Shown one piece after another: positions 9,875 through 20,064 of a stretch of DNA of 64,000 nucleotides. Origin of the DNA: a bacterium (GTDB lineage Bacteria > Acidobacteriota > HRBIN11 > JAKEFK01). Under the pieces are notes generated by a model. The model made no database searches. It was given only the letters and a program-made list of their open reading frames with translations, and was not told the origin of the DNA. The translations under genes and the position numbers were made by a program. The stretch's first letter is position 1, and the number at the start of each line of letters is the position of its first letter. Where the stretch lies: the NCBI GenBank assembly GCA_022616075.1, contig JAKEFK010000024.1, positions 572 through 64,571 on the forward strand, written 5' to 3'.

Positions 9875-9965
9875 TGTCTGTCCTCCTGTCCTCTTCTAGA
9901 CTATCTGAAGCGGGGTTGATGGTATTGGACAAAGAAGATTGCTTGGACAAAAAGCACAATCGGTG
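9815..9965. repeat. About 150 bp repeat R1, copy B, fused onto the S9 peptidase gene; followed by R2/R3 at 9700..9800
   Basis: Near-identical to 7498..7650. The adjacent 9700..9800 matches 7215..7265 (R2) and 5314..5345 (R3, opposite orientation). Confidence 0.8.
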
Positions 9966-9986
9966 TTCGACCGCAGGAGCTACCAC

Positions 9987-10796
9987 TTACGAACAAAGAG
10001 TGCGATATTGCGCCGGCGTCAGTCCTGTCATGCGCTTGAAGACTCTACAAAAATGGCTTTGATCATAGAAACCGACATCAGCGGCGATCTTAGCCAGAGA
10101 TGGGTTGATGCGCGAAGAGAGAAGTTCGCAGGCAGCTTGAATGCGACGCTTCCGTAAATAAGCGCCTATCGAGTGGCCGTAAACTTTCCGAAACGATCGC
10201 GAGAGCCGCGTAGAGTTTACACCAGATCGGCGCGACAGTTCCTCGAGTTTGAGCGGACTTGCATAATTTGAATCAATGATCTCTTTTGTCATAACAAGCC
10301 ATGGCTGAAGCGTCGATGTCTTCATGCAGAAGGTCTCTCGAGAAACTTGTCCAAGCATCTCAAGAATGATCCCCTCTATGATTAACGGATGGGTTTTCCC
10401 TCCGTATCGTAATTCCTGTACTAGATTCGCGGCAAGCCAGGACAGACGACCACCGCGAAAAATAATCGATTCTCCAGTTTTTTGTAGAAGCTCAGCGAGG
10501 CAATGTGCCCATTGTTCACCAACTTCCACATGCAAGACGCGAGCTCCCCTGGAAGAAATCCGGTGGGAGTGTTCTTCGCTGGAAGGATGAAATCCAACCG
10601 TCCATGGGTTCCATTTAATGTTTTTGCGCCCATAAGTATCGACGAATGCACCTTTCAACAGTATCCCAATGGAAACGCAGGAATGAGAGTGAAGGGGTAT
10701 CACCAAATCCGGAGGATAAAAGTATTCGATCAATCGAAATCCGGTAAGCTGTCTATCGTCCAAGGTTTCTCGTTTATTATCGCATCCTGAACTCAT
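9987..10796 (-). CDS. AraC-family transcriptional regulator (cupin sensor plus dual HTH)
   Basis: C-terminal AraC HTH signature (YLRKRRIQAACELL...IAADVGFYDQSHFCRVFKRMTGLTPAQYR). Confidence 0.8.
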   Translation of the reverse strand: MSSGCDNKRETLDDRQLTGFRLIEYFYPPDLVIPLHSHSCVSIGILLKGAFVDTYGRKNIKWNPWTVGFHPSSEEHSHRISSRGARVLHVEVGEQWAHCLAELLQKTGESIIFRGGRLSWLAANLVQELRYGGKTHPLIIEGIILEMLGQVSRETFCMKTSTLQPWLVMTKEIIDSNYASPLKLEELSRRSGVNSTRLSRSFRKVYGHSIGAYLRKRRIQAACELLSSRINPSLAKIAADVGFYDQSHFCRVFKRMTGLTPAQYRTLCS

Positions 10797-10950
10797 ATTT
10801 TGGCAGGATAAACTGATAAGAATGATTATATCCTTTCATTTTCCAACAGACAGAATAAATGTTCTCTCTGTGTTTTGCATAACCTCGGAGATGGATCGTT
10901 CGCTGACCAAATACATTTTTCCTCTGAGAATTCTGATGCAGGTAGCTTTT

Positions 10951-11293
10951 CTATGGTTTGTTTGTTTGCCAACCCGGGAAAACGGCTGCTCGATCCCACC
11001 AGGTACTTTCGGGAAAATCAGTCGAAAGCTGTTTCCAATGTTCCTTTAAGATTTCGCGATTCCTTCCAGCTATTCGGTATGCTGCGATTCCCTTCCAAAA
11101 TAACGCTTCAGGAGTAACCGTCAAATTCTTTGTTGAGCAGTTGCGTCACCCGTTCGTTCGGATACGTCACGGCATCCATTTTCCCGCAACCCAGTCAACC
11201 GGGAACGTAGAAATCGATAAAAAGCGCCTTTTGTTTTTCTTGCGCCTTTCTTTGCGCTTCTTCAATGTTGGAACACCATAAGATGTCCGGCAT
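10951..11293 (-). pseudogene. Decayed paralog of the thioredoxin-fold UxxC gene at 35129; retains the in-frame TGA
   Basis: MPDILWCSNIEEAQRKAQEKQKALFIDFYVPG-TGA-LGCGKMDAVTYPNERVTQLLNKEF, then an internal deletion and frameshift, then a C-terminal match (EALFWKGIAAYRIAGRNREILKEHWKQLSTDFPESTWWDRAAVFPGW). Confidence 0.55.
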
Positions 11294-11459
11294 GTTTGCT
11301 CCTTCTTTCTGAACCAGAATAGATTCTTCAAGATCATTGGTCGAATTAATTGTTTTCAGCATGTCGATGAGACATTGTCATGAGAAAAGGGAGAAGTCAC
11401 GCATGATGGCTTCTCATGCAAATCTTGAATAAAACTAATTGGACAGGGACTCCTCTCCG

Positions 11460-11492
11460 ATTCTACAATCGTCGGCCACCACATTCTACAAT
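11460..11492 (+). promoter_or_regulatory. Direct repeat ATTCTACAAT x2 (23 bp centre-to-centre), about 30 bp upstream of the 11521 start
   Basis: Two exact 10-mers at 11460..11469 and 11483..11492. An AAGGAGG RBS follows. Confidence 0.3.
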
Positions 11493-11520
11493 AGCTAAGA
11501 GTTTAAGGAGGATGGTTTAA

Positions 11521-11964
11521 ATGAAATGGATAACAAGGGAAAAAGTAAAAGTTGATCGTGTTGCTTGTCCGTGGTTAATTCAGAGATTTCTCGATCCGCA
11601 GGCCGAGTTTCTCTTTGTTAAACCGAATCGAGTGATGCTCATTGCTGAAAAAGAAAATGCAATTCCATTTGATATTCCAGGCGCGGAGCTGGGCCATCAT
11701 GAGGGCAGATGTTCTTTTGAGGCCTTTCTAAGACATTACAAGTTAGAGGATTCTGCGCTCCATCGGCTAGCGAGAATTGTTCATGGAGCTGATGTGAAAG
11801 ACGATCTCTATCGATGCGCCGAAGCGCCCGGTTTGAAAGCAATTGCCCACGGATTTAGCCTACTTGGGTTGAATGATGAAGATATTCTTGCAAAGGAGTT
11901 CATCGTTTATGATGCTTTGTATGAATACTGCCGCAATACACCGGCAGAAACAGGAAACACGTAG
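11521..11964 (+). CDS. ChrB C-terminal-domain-like (chromate-resistance-associated) protein
   Basis: N-terminus MKWITREKVKVDRVACPWLIQRFLDPQAEFLFV resembles the Chrome_Resist/ChrB C-terminal family. Confidence 0.45.
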   Translation: MKWITREKVKVDRVACPWLIQRFLDPQAEFLFVKPNRVMLIAEKENAIPFDIPGAELGHHEGRCSFEAFLRHYKLEDSALHRLARIVHGADVKDDLYRCAEAPGLKAIAHGFSLLGLNDEDILAKEFIVYDALYEYCRNTPAETGNT

Positions 11965-12177
11965 TAGTATTCTCCGGATCTGCCCCAATCAGCGCACCCG
12001 CGCTTGAGGATAATAACCAAGGCTCTCACCGGTCAATACTGGCTGCTCTGCACGGAAGTTGATCCGTTCACGTTAGCTGCGGCAATGCGTCGCGAAATCC
12101 ACGCTGTTGAGCGAGATGTTCCATCTTCCAACATCCGAACGTGACAGGTTCTGATTTGAGCTTTCCAGCACAAAATT

Positions 12178-13104
12178 TCAGATAACGAGCTTGAGTCCTT
12201 TTGAGGAACGGAACGGGATCGCGGTCTCCGAAAGCAATCGCGCGAATTCGCGATAATATGTGGGCGCGGACTTGGAATTCAGTGTGACAGCGTGCCACTG
12301 GCGATGGACTCCGTTTTTTGTAAGCCGGACACCAATGAGCTGACGCGATTTTAAATACGATGCAACAGCCCATCTGGCCATCACAGCGATTCCCATCCCT
12401 GCTCTGACCATTTCCACGATTGCCTCCGTTAATGCCACTTTATAGGTTCTCTTTGGCCTGATGCCGGCTGGTCGCAAGAACCTACGAAAGACGAGGCTCT
12501 CTTCCGCTGGAATTGCGTACACGATCAAACTCTGATCGGCAAAATCTCGCGGTAGGATGTAGCGATGTGTAGCCAAAACGTTGTCCGGTTTCATGATTAC
12601 CAGAAGCTCGTCTTCAAACAGTGGAAAACAGGAAAGATTCTTTGTCTGAACTTTCGTGTTCATAATTGCAAGATCCAGCTTCCCCGCAAGTAAGAATTCC
12701 AACGGTCGATAAGTTGCTTCCAAAACGATCTCCACCTCAACTCCTGGAAATTTCTCTTGCATCGCTTTGAGCAAGGAAGGCAGCCATTGATAACATGTAT
12801 TACACTGCGTGCTGATCCGTAAAATTCCTTGTTCACCGTTGGCGAGCTTGCGGATGTTGTTTTCGGTGAGCTCTAATTCTTCTAACACGCGGCGGGCGGA
12901 ATTTAGTAACTGCTCTCCCGCTTCAGTAAGAATCATTTTGCGATTGATGCGCAAGAAGAGGGACGTGCTAAGGCGGTCTTCAATTCCCCTGAGTTGATGG
13001 CTCAATGCCGGTTGTGTGACATGCAACCTGTGGGAAGCCTTTGTCATGCTGCCTTCATCCGCAATTGCTTCGATCAATTTCAGATGACGAATTTCTAAAT
13101 TCAT
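12178..13104 (-). CDS. LysR-family transcriptional regulator
   Basis: N-terminal wHTH (LEIRHLKLIEAIADEGSMTKASHRLHVTQPALSHQLRGIE) plus a substrate-binding domain. Confidence 0.85.
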   Translation of the reverse strand: MNLEIRHLKLIEAIADEGSMTKASHRLHVTQPALSHQLRGIEDRLSTSLFLRINRKMILTEAGEQLLNSARRVLEELELTENNIRKLANGEQGILRISTQCNTCYQWLPSLLKAMQEKFPGVEVEIVLEATYRPLEFLLAGKLDLAIMNTKVQTKNLSCFPLFEDELLVIMKPDNVLATHRYILPRDFADQSLIVYAIPAEESLVFRRFLRPAGIRPKRTYKVALTEAIVEMVRAGMGIAVMARWAVASYLKSRQLIGVRLTKNGVHRQWHAVTLNSKSAPTYYREFARLLSETAIPFRSSKGLKLVI

Positions 13105-13257
13105 GTTACCAGGCAAGGAAAATAATATTATATCAGATAATGTATATTAGATAATCCATAATAATTTCTAATAGACTTGATGAGGATAAAGAATTGGACG
13201 GAAAGAAAGATGAGATAAATACTGTTTCGCAACGATGACCGAAGGAGAATCTAGTTG

Positions 13258-14332
13258 ATGCACAAGCTCGCGTGGGCTACGGCCGTACTCTTTCTTTTTC
13301 TTCAAGCGAGAATTTTCGGTGAAGGGGGATACGCTGGAGCGCGTCGCATCCGTGCCCCGGGAAAAGTGGGAAGGAATCGAGACACGATATGATGCCGTAC
13401 TCACGGAAAAAGGGCACTGGCTGCGCTCCATAGTGACGCGGCCATTAAACCGTACCGGAAAGATCCCGGGCATCCTCGTTGTAGGATGGTTGAGTTGTGA
13501 CACAGTTGAAATCGGTGCAGCGCCGCGCGGCGGTTTTGCAAAGTTGATGCATGGGCTTCTCACAAAATCAGGATACGCGATGATGCGGATCGACAAACCG
13601 GGAATTGGAGATAGCGGAGGCCCTTCTTGTAATACATGCGATTTCGAAACAGAGCTTGCCGGCTACAAAGCGGCGCTGCGGGTGTTTAAGAAATATGACT
13701 TCATTGATCCTGAAAGGATTGTTCTTTTAGGCTTGAGTAATGGGGGAGGCTTTGCGCCGCTTGTTGCTGAAAAAGAAAAAATCGCCGCTTACATCGTATC
13801 GGGAGGGTGGTCCAAAACCTGGCTCGAACACATGCTCGAGATCGAGCACCGCAGACTGGGTCTGGAAGGGAGATCTTCCGGAGAGATTTCGCGCGAAATG
13901 CAGCGTTTCGCAGAGTTCTACACATACTATCTGATCCATAAAATGACTCCCCGGCAGATCACCACAAAATATTCACATCTTGCCAATCTGTGGTACGACG
14001 AACCGGAACATAAATACGGACGACCGGCGGTTTTCTTTCAACAGTTACAGGCATTGAATCTCGCTGCGGCATGGGAACAGGTGAGGGTCCCGGTCCTTGT
14101 TATTTACGGTGAATATGACTGGATCATGAGCCGGTCGGACCATGAATGGATCGCGGAAATCGTAAATCGAAATGCTCCGGGACGCGCCCGCTACGTTGAG
14201 ATTCCAAAGATGGACCACGGCTTTACAATTCAGGAGAACATCCAGGAAAGCTTTCGGAATTTCGGTGGCGGAAGATTCGATGAATCGCTCGTAACTTTGA
14301 TTCAGGATTGGCTTCGCCAGACAGTGAAATAA
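13258..14332 (+). CDS. Secreted alpha/beta-hydrolase (GLSNGG nucleophile elbow), frameshifted at a G5 tract
   Basis: An ATG at 13258 with RBS GAAGGAGA encodes the signal peptide MHKLAWATAVLFLFLQARIFGEG. The main body (13319..14332) is in the +1 frame. Removing one G of G5 (13324..13328) joins the two. Confidence 0.7.
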
Positions 14333-14479
14333 GAAAAAAGCATTCTCCTTACCACAACCACAACCCGGCTATTTATAAATATTCCTCATGTTGATAAAAG
14401 AATCAATTACTATTTTTTATTAGGACCATGAGAAGAAAGAATTGGACTGCGAGCCGGAGCGGAAGAATATTACTGAGGG

Positions 14480-16726
14480 ATGAAGGTCCTGTTTTTTATC
14501 TTGCTTGCTCAGACAGCATTTGCGTTTACCAGGCCGGTCGTGGAGATTTCCCGAATCCATCAAGCGCCTCAAATAGAAGATTTTCTGGACATGGATTCCG
14601 ACAGCGAGAGAGACCTTCTGAAAATAGAAGGATTCCGGCAGCGGGAGCGGAATGACAATAAGCCCTCCACGCGTCTTACCAGGGTTTTTCTGGGTTATGA
14701 TGACCGCAATTTCTATGCAGTTTTTCAATGTTTCGAGAAGGATCGCGACAAAATTCGCGCGCGGATGATGAATCGCGGCAGTAACGCGATCTACAATGAC
14801 GACATCGTTACAGTTCAGCTGGACACGTTCAATGACCAGCGCCGCGCGTATCAGTTCGTGTCCAACCCATTCGGCGTCCAGCAGGATGCCGTTTGGTTTG
14901 AGGATTCCGCAACCTTTGATTACTCCTTCGATACTGTTTTCAAAACGAAAGCAAGGATCACTCAAGACGGATATGTTGTCTTGTTTGCGATTCCATTTCG
15001 CAGTTTACGGTTTTCGTCCGATGAGCGTCAAAACTGGGGAATTCTTTTAACTCGTTATATTCCCGGGATCGATGAGCAAACTTACTGGCCTCAGTATTCG
15101 AACAAAATCTCCGGACGACTGAACCAGACGGCGGTTCTGAATGGTCTGAGGAATATTTCACCCGGGCGTAATATTCAGCTTCTGCCGTACACTGCGTTTC
15201 GGTCTTTTCAGGCGCTTGATCTTCGGAACCTGTCCACTCCGCGGATTGTGGAGGACCCGGCGGAGAATGAGGTGGGAATAGATGGCAAATTCATCGCGAG
15301 GGACAGTCTTGTTGTCGATGTGACGGCGAATCCTGATTTCAGCCATGTAGAATCGGATGAACCGCAGGTCACGGTGAATCAAAGATTTGAGGTGCTCTTC
15401 CCTGAAAAACGTCCGTTCTTTCTGGAGAATCAAAGCTTTTTTGAAACTCCGATTAATTTACTGTTTACGCGGAGAATTGCTGATCCGCAATGGGGGACGC
15501 GCCTGACCGGAAAGATTGGGAATTACAGTCTGGGCGCTTTGCTTAGCGATGATGAATCGGAAGGAAAGAGTCTGCCTGAAGATCATCCGTTGTCGGGGGA
15601 ACGCGCATATTATGGCACCATCCGGGTAAGTCGCGATCTCGGACACCAATCTTCAATTGGGTTGATTTACGCCGACAGCCGATTTGCCAGCAGCTTCAAC
15701 CGCGCAGGCGGTGTTGATGCTCATATCAAATTCAGCGATCAGTGGGTTTCTACTTTTCAAGCTGTTACAACGTCCACCAGGAATCAAGATGGAACCAGAA
15801 GTGCCGGGCCCGGATACAGAGTGAACTTGCGGCGGAATGGGCGCCATTTTGTTTACAATTTCGACTACCATGATTTCAGTCCCGGATTTGTCTCGCGTAC
15901 TGGATTTGTGAATCGCACCGATATTCGACGATTCGATCAACAGGCAGGCTACAGTTTCCGCCCGGAAAGCAACTTTCTGTTCGCGTGGACGCCGCATTAC
16001 GATATTTCCTATGTCTATGATCACAGCGGAACACTGATAGATTGGTTTCACAATCCATGGGTATCGCTTGATATGGCTGGACAAACGTTCCTGGGGTTTG
16101 GTTATACCTTTTTGGCTACCAGGGTAAAACCGGACGACTTCCCGGTCCTCACTGAGAATCTCAGGATATCCCGTCACGAGTGGGGTGTGACCTTCAACAC
16201 GGAAGCATTGAGACGGCTCAGTGTCGCATCGTCACTATTTGTTGGCAGATCTGTAAATTTTGTGCCCCGCGAAGATAAGCCTCCCGCCGGTGCCGATTTT
16301 CTGAACGCAGCCTTAACCCTTTCCTTCCGCCCGACGAATTCCTTCACCATTGATACTGCGTACATCCTGAACAGGCTTACAGATCCTCAGACATCTTTCG
16401 ATATCTTCAACAATCACATTATCCGGACAAAATGGAATTATCAAATCAATCGCGAACTTTCGATTCGTGTCATTGTGCAGTATGACACTCTGCTGGCCAA
16501 TACGAATTTTACTAGGTTGCAAACAGTGAAAAACCTGAATGCGGATTTATTGGTCACCTACATGGTTCATCCAGGCACCGCGCTTTTTGTCGGATTCAAT
16601 AGCAATCTTCAAAATTTGGATCCGAGTCTTGCCATGACTGGCTCCGGCTTGCTGCGTACTCGCAACGATTTCCTGAACGATGGCAAACAGTTCTTCGTAA
16701 AATACTCACATTTGTTCCGATTCTGA
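14480..16726 (+). CDS. DUF5916-type protein: N-terminal CBM9-like domain plus putative outer-membrane beta-barrel; paralog 1
   Basis: 748 aa with a signal peptide and a C-terminus ending ...FFVKYSHLFRF. Paralogous to 31618..33903. Confidence 0.5.
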   Translation: MKVLFFILLAQTAFAFTRPVVEISRIHQAPQIEDFLDMDSDSERDLLKIEGFRQRERNDNKPSTRLTRVFLGYDDRNFYAVFQCFEKDRDKIRARMMNRGSNAIYNDDIVTVQLDTFNDQRRAYQFVSNPFGVQQDAVWFEDSATFDYSFDTVFKTKARITQDGYVVLFAIPFRSLRFSSDERQNWGILLTRYIPGIDEQTYWPQYSNKISGRLNQTAVLNGLRNISPGRNIQLLPYTAFRSFQALDLRNLSTPRIVEDPAENEVGIDGKFIARDSLVVDVTANPDFSHVESDEPQVTVNQRFEVLFPEKRPFFLENQSFFETPINLLFTRRIADPQWGTRLTGKIGNYSLGALLSDDESEGKSLPEDHPLSGERAYYGTIRVSRDLGHQSSIGLIYADSRFASSFNRAGGVDAHIKFSDQWVSTFQAVTTSTRNQDGTRSAGPGYRVNLRRNGRHFVYNFDYHDFSPGFVSRTGFVNRTDIRRFDQQAGYSFRPESNFLFAWTPHYDISYVYDHSGTLIDWFHNPWVSLDMAGQTFLGFGYTFLATRVKPDDFPVLTENLRISRHEWGVTFNTEALRRLSVASSLFVGRSVNFVPREDKPPAGADFLNAALTLSFRPTNSFTIDTAYILNRLTDPQTSFDIFNNHIIRTKWNYQINRELSIRVIVQYDTLLANTNFTRLQTVKNLNADLLVTYMVHPGTALFVGFNSNLQNLDPSLAMTGSGLLRTRNDFLNDGKQFFVKYSHLFRF

Positions 16727-16812
16727 CCGCTCTGACAACAATTCGTCTAACCGCAATAAGTTCGAATGGAGTTAAGGCGAATTACCGGGAGAGCGTCGAT
16801 AGCGGGAGCAAC

Positions 16813-18054
16813 TCAAACAATCGAGGAAAGAACGTTGCAAAATCTGACAATTTCCTCATCGGTATTGTAGTAATGTACGGAAGCTCGAACGAGCGCCTTC
16901 AGTGAGCGGGCTTCCATGTCCAGACGTGCCGAGCCAATCTGCGAGACCCACACGTTGATGTTCTGTTTTCTCATTTCCGATCGGATCTCGAATGGATCTT
17001 TTGTTTCTGCAAGAAAAGTCACGATTCCACACTTTTCTTTGCCAAGATCTGCGACTTTGACTCCCCGAATCGAATTCAACTTTTCGCGAAGGTGATCCGC
17101 AAGAGTGCTTATCCGATCCCGGATCGCTTCGATCCCCCAGGAGAGCGCATAATCGATGGCCACGCCTAGTCCAATTTTGGCAGCTATATTTGACTCAAAA
17201 TTCTCGAAGCGGCGCGCATCTTTTCGGATCTCGTATCGATCCCTTGAGATCCACTTCGCTGAATGTAAGTCTACAAATGGAGGTTCAAGAGTTTCATAAA
17301 GATTGCGCCGAACATAAAGGAATCCGGTTCCTCTTGGCGCCCGAAGATATTTGCGACCTGTAGCCGATAACATGTCGCACCCGATCTCATCGACCTGAAG
17401 TGGAATTTGACCGGCTGACTGACAGGCGTCCAGCAGATACGGAATCCCAGAACTCCTTGCGATTGTTCCAACGTCTGCAGCCGGATTTATGAGGCCTCCG
17501 TTGGTCGGAACATGGGTAATGGCGATTAACTTGACTCGCTCATCGATTGCGTGTTTGAGCGCATCGATGGAAATCTGTCCCGCCTCATCGTTAGGAATCA
17601 CCTCAATCATCACACCCGTCTTCGGGGCCAATTGCAAAAATGCAACATAGTTGCTGACATACTCCGCCATCGAAGTGAGAATGCGATCCCCCTTTTTCAA
17701 CGGCAATGAGTAAAACGCCATATCCCAGGCGCGAGTTGCGCTCTCCAGAACTGCAATCTCATCGCGCCCTGCACCGATCAGCTGAGCAATAGAATCATAA
17801 GTGTGCTCACACTTGCTTTCCATTTTCTCGGCAGCTTCGTAACCGCCTATTTCTGCTTCGAGCCGAAGATGGCGAATCACCGAATCCAGTACAGGCCGGG
17901 GAATGAGTGATGCGCCGGCGTTATTGAAATGAATTATTTTTTCGCATGCGGGTGTGTCCCGGCGTGCCTTATCCACATCAATCGACATTTCACACTCCTC
18001 TTCTGAAAGGGATCCTGATGCTCCCACTTCGAACGTTAATCCTTCTGGCGACAT
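16813..18054 (-). CDS. Class-V aminotransferase-fold PLP enzyme (cysteine desulfurase/selenocysteine lyase-like)
   Basis: Class-V aminotransferase fold pattern. The real start may be the internal Met at 17988. Confidence 0.7.
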   Translation of the reverse strand: MSPEGLTFEVGASGSLSEEECEMSIDVDKARRDTPACEKIIHFNNAGASLIPRPVLDSVIRHLRLEAEIGGYEAAEKMESKCEHTYDSIAQLIGAGRDEIAVLESATRAWDMAFYSLPLKKGDRILTSMAEYVSNYVAFLQLAPKTGVMIEVIPNDEAGQISIDALKHAIDERVKLIAITHVPTNGGLINPAADVGTIARSSGIPYLLDACQSAGQIPLQVDEIGCDMLSATGRKYLRAPRGTGFLYVRRNLYETLEPPFVDLHSAKWISRDRYEIRKDARRFENFESNIAAKIGLGVAIDYALSWGIEAIRDRISTLADHLREKLNSIRGVKVADLGKEKCGIVTFLAETKDPFEIRSEMRKQNINVWVSQIGSARLDMEARSLKALVRASVHYYNTDEEIVRFCNVLSSIV

Positions 18055-18076
18055 AGATAAAGTTAATTGTTCTAAT

Positions 18077-18133
18077 CATATCGATGAACTCTATACATCT
18101 ACTCGCGAATGCTTCATGTTCGAAATCGATATG
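18077..18133. promoter_or_regulatory. 9-bp inverted repeat CATATCGAT...ATCGATATG in the divergent intergenic region
   Basis: Arms at 18077..18085 and 18125..18133, between the aminotransferase (-) and RidA (+) genes. Confidence 0.25.
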
Positions 18134-18205
18134 TGTCATGAAAATTTTTTGTTTGATAAAGGATCAGAGTTGTAGTCACATCGAGAGAAACAAAGGAGGG
18201 TACGG

Positions 18206-18583
18206 ATGGAAGTTGTTTCAACGAAAGCAGCACCCGCGCCGATCGCACCTTATTCGCAGGCCATAAAGGCCGGAGGATTTCTTTTTATTTCAGGATCTGC
18301 GGGAACGGATCCCAACACAGGCGCAATCGTAGAAGGGGGCCTGGCCGCGCAGACAGAGCAAACGCTTAGAAACCTCAGTGCCACAGTCACAGCAGCAGGA
18401 TCGACACTGGAAAAAGTCGTAAAGGTTACGGTTTACCTGAAAAATATCGAAGATTATGAAGAGATGAATCGGATTTATCAGAGATGGTGGTTAAAGCATT
18501 TTCCCGCACGCACAACGGTCGGCGTTGCGGCTTTGCCCCGGCCGGAGATCCTGATCGAAATCGATGCTATAGCGATGCTGTGA
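18206..18583 (+). CDS. ridA: RidA/YjgF-family reactive-intermediate deaminase
   Basis: PIAPYSQAIKAGGFLFISGSAG...VKVTVYLKNIEDYEEMNRIY, the typical RidA fold. Confidence 0.8.
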   Translation: MEVVSTKAAPAPIAPYSQAIKAGGFLFISGSAGTDPNTGAIVEGGLAAQTEQTLRNLSATVTAAGSTLEKVVKVTVYLKNIEDYEEMNRIYQRWWLKHFPARTTVGVAALPRPEILIEIDAIAML

Positions 18584-18676
18584 TCTACACTACCTCGGTT
18601 GTCTTTGTTGTCAATAGAGTACAACGAAGCAAGCTCCGTACAAGATTGAGAGAGGAGCCGCCGTAGAATAAAAAGA

Positions 18677-20035
18677 ATGCACGAATCCTCATTGGCAGAA
18701 TTTATCAAGAGCAGCCGTGGAGATTTTGAGACAAAGCTGTGCCGGCTTGTTGAAATTCCAACGATCAGCGCGGACCCGGGGCGTGAGAGTGATTTTCACG
18801 CCGCCGCATTGCTGGCTGCCGGTTATTTAGAAGAATTTGGCGCTGAATCCGCGATCCATCAGACTGGCGGACATCCGGTTGTGGTAGGTAAGTTTTCGCA
18901 GCCTGACGCCAGAAAAACGTTGACGATCTATAACCATCTGGATGTGCAACCGGCAGAAGAACCGGAATGGAAACGCGCTTCGTTCGTGTTTGCCAGGGAA
19001 GGGGACAAATATTTCGGCCGTGGAACAACGGATGACAAAGGTCCTGCGTTAACGGCTCTCTTTGCAGCTCGTTATGCGATGGAATCAAAAATCCCACTGA
19101 ACATACAGTTTGTCTGGGAATTTGAAGAAGAAATTGGAAGTCCTCATTTCGAAGAATTTTTGCAGAGAAATGCTCCATCTTTGAAGAGTGACTCCGTCAT
19201 GGTAGTCGATTCGATCTGGACTACCAGCGATAAGCCGGGAATCTGTTATGGGATTCGAGGGAATCTCAGTGGATCCATGCTGCTGGAAACGGCCGAAGCG
19301 GGAGTCCATTCGGGAATTACAGGTGGCGTTGCCAGGAACCCTCTTACAGAATTATGTTGGGTCGCGGCCCAATGCTACGATCCAAAAACAGCAAAGGTGT
19401 TGATCCCTGGATTCTATGATGACGTCCACAAAGTTAGCAGAAGAGAGAAGGCAAACTTTGTGAATTCCGGGTTTGTTCTGAAAACATTTGCTGCGGCTTA
19501 CAGGCTAAAAAAGATTCGTGTTCAGCAAAGCAAAGAAGCCATGATGCGCCTATGGTGCCGACCTACATTTGAAGTTCACGGAGTTGTCGGAGGTTATTCA
19601 GGCGCAAAAGTGAAGACGGCAATTCCTCCTCGCGCGGAATTGAAGTTTAGCTGTCGCCTGGTGCCGAATCAGGACCCTGAAAGGATATCAAAGCTGATTC
19701 AGCGATTTGTTAAAAAGCTAAATCCTGATGTGGAAGTGGTCATTCATGCGAAACTGCAATGGTATGTCGGTGATATCACAAGCTCTTATGCGAAAGCAAT
19801 CTCGGATGCGATGAAATTTGGATTTTCGCGCTCGCCTGCTTTCGTTCGATCCGGCGGTTCGGATGGAGCAATCATTCTTCTTCAGCGTTACCTAAATGCT
19901 CCGGTTCTTATGCCGGGACTCTCCTTGCCTGAACATGGCTACCACGCTCCAAATGAATTCTTCGACTGGGGGCAGGTTGCCGGTGGGATTCGTACGTTTG
20001 TCCGTTACTTTGATACGATCTCGCGATTCGAATAA
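18677..20035 (+). CDS. M20-family metallopeptidase/dipeptidase
   Basis: HLDVQPAEEPEW, GRGTTDDKGP, and metal-ligand spacing typical of M20/ArgE/DapE. Confidence 0.8.
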   Translation: MHESSLAEFIKSSRGDFETKLCRLVEIPTISADPGRESDFHAAALLAAGYLEEFGAESAIHQTGGHPVVVGKFSQPDARKTLTIYNHLDVQPAEEPEWKRASFVFAREGDKYFGRGTTDDKGPALTALFAARYAMESKIPLNIQFVWEFEEEIGSPHFEEFLQRNAPSLKSDSVMVVDSIWTTSDKPGICYGIRGNLSGSMLLETAEAGVHSGITGGVARNPLTELCWVAAQCYDPKTAKVLIPGFYDDVHKVSRREKANFVNSGFVLKTFAAAYRLKKIRVQQSKEAMMRLWCRPTFEVHGVVGGYSGAKVKTAIPPRAELKFSCRLVPNQDPERISKLIQRFVKKLNPDVEVVIHAKLQWYVGDITSSYAKAISDAMKFGFSRSPAFVRSGGSDGAIILLQRYLNAPVLMPGLSLPEHGYHAPNEFFDWGQVAGGIRTFVRYFDTISRFE

Positions 20036-20064
20036 CGCCGATGTCATAAGATATCCTTTTCAAA

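Noticed and set aside
12068-12373. 101-aa ORF overlapping the 3' end of the LysR gene
   Set aside because: It is in a different frame of the same strand as a confidently called regulator, with no RBS or domain signal.
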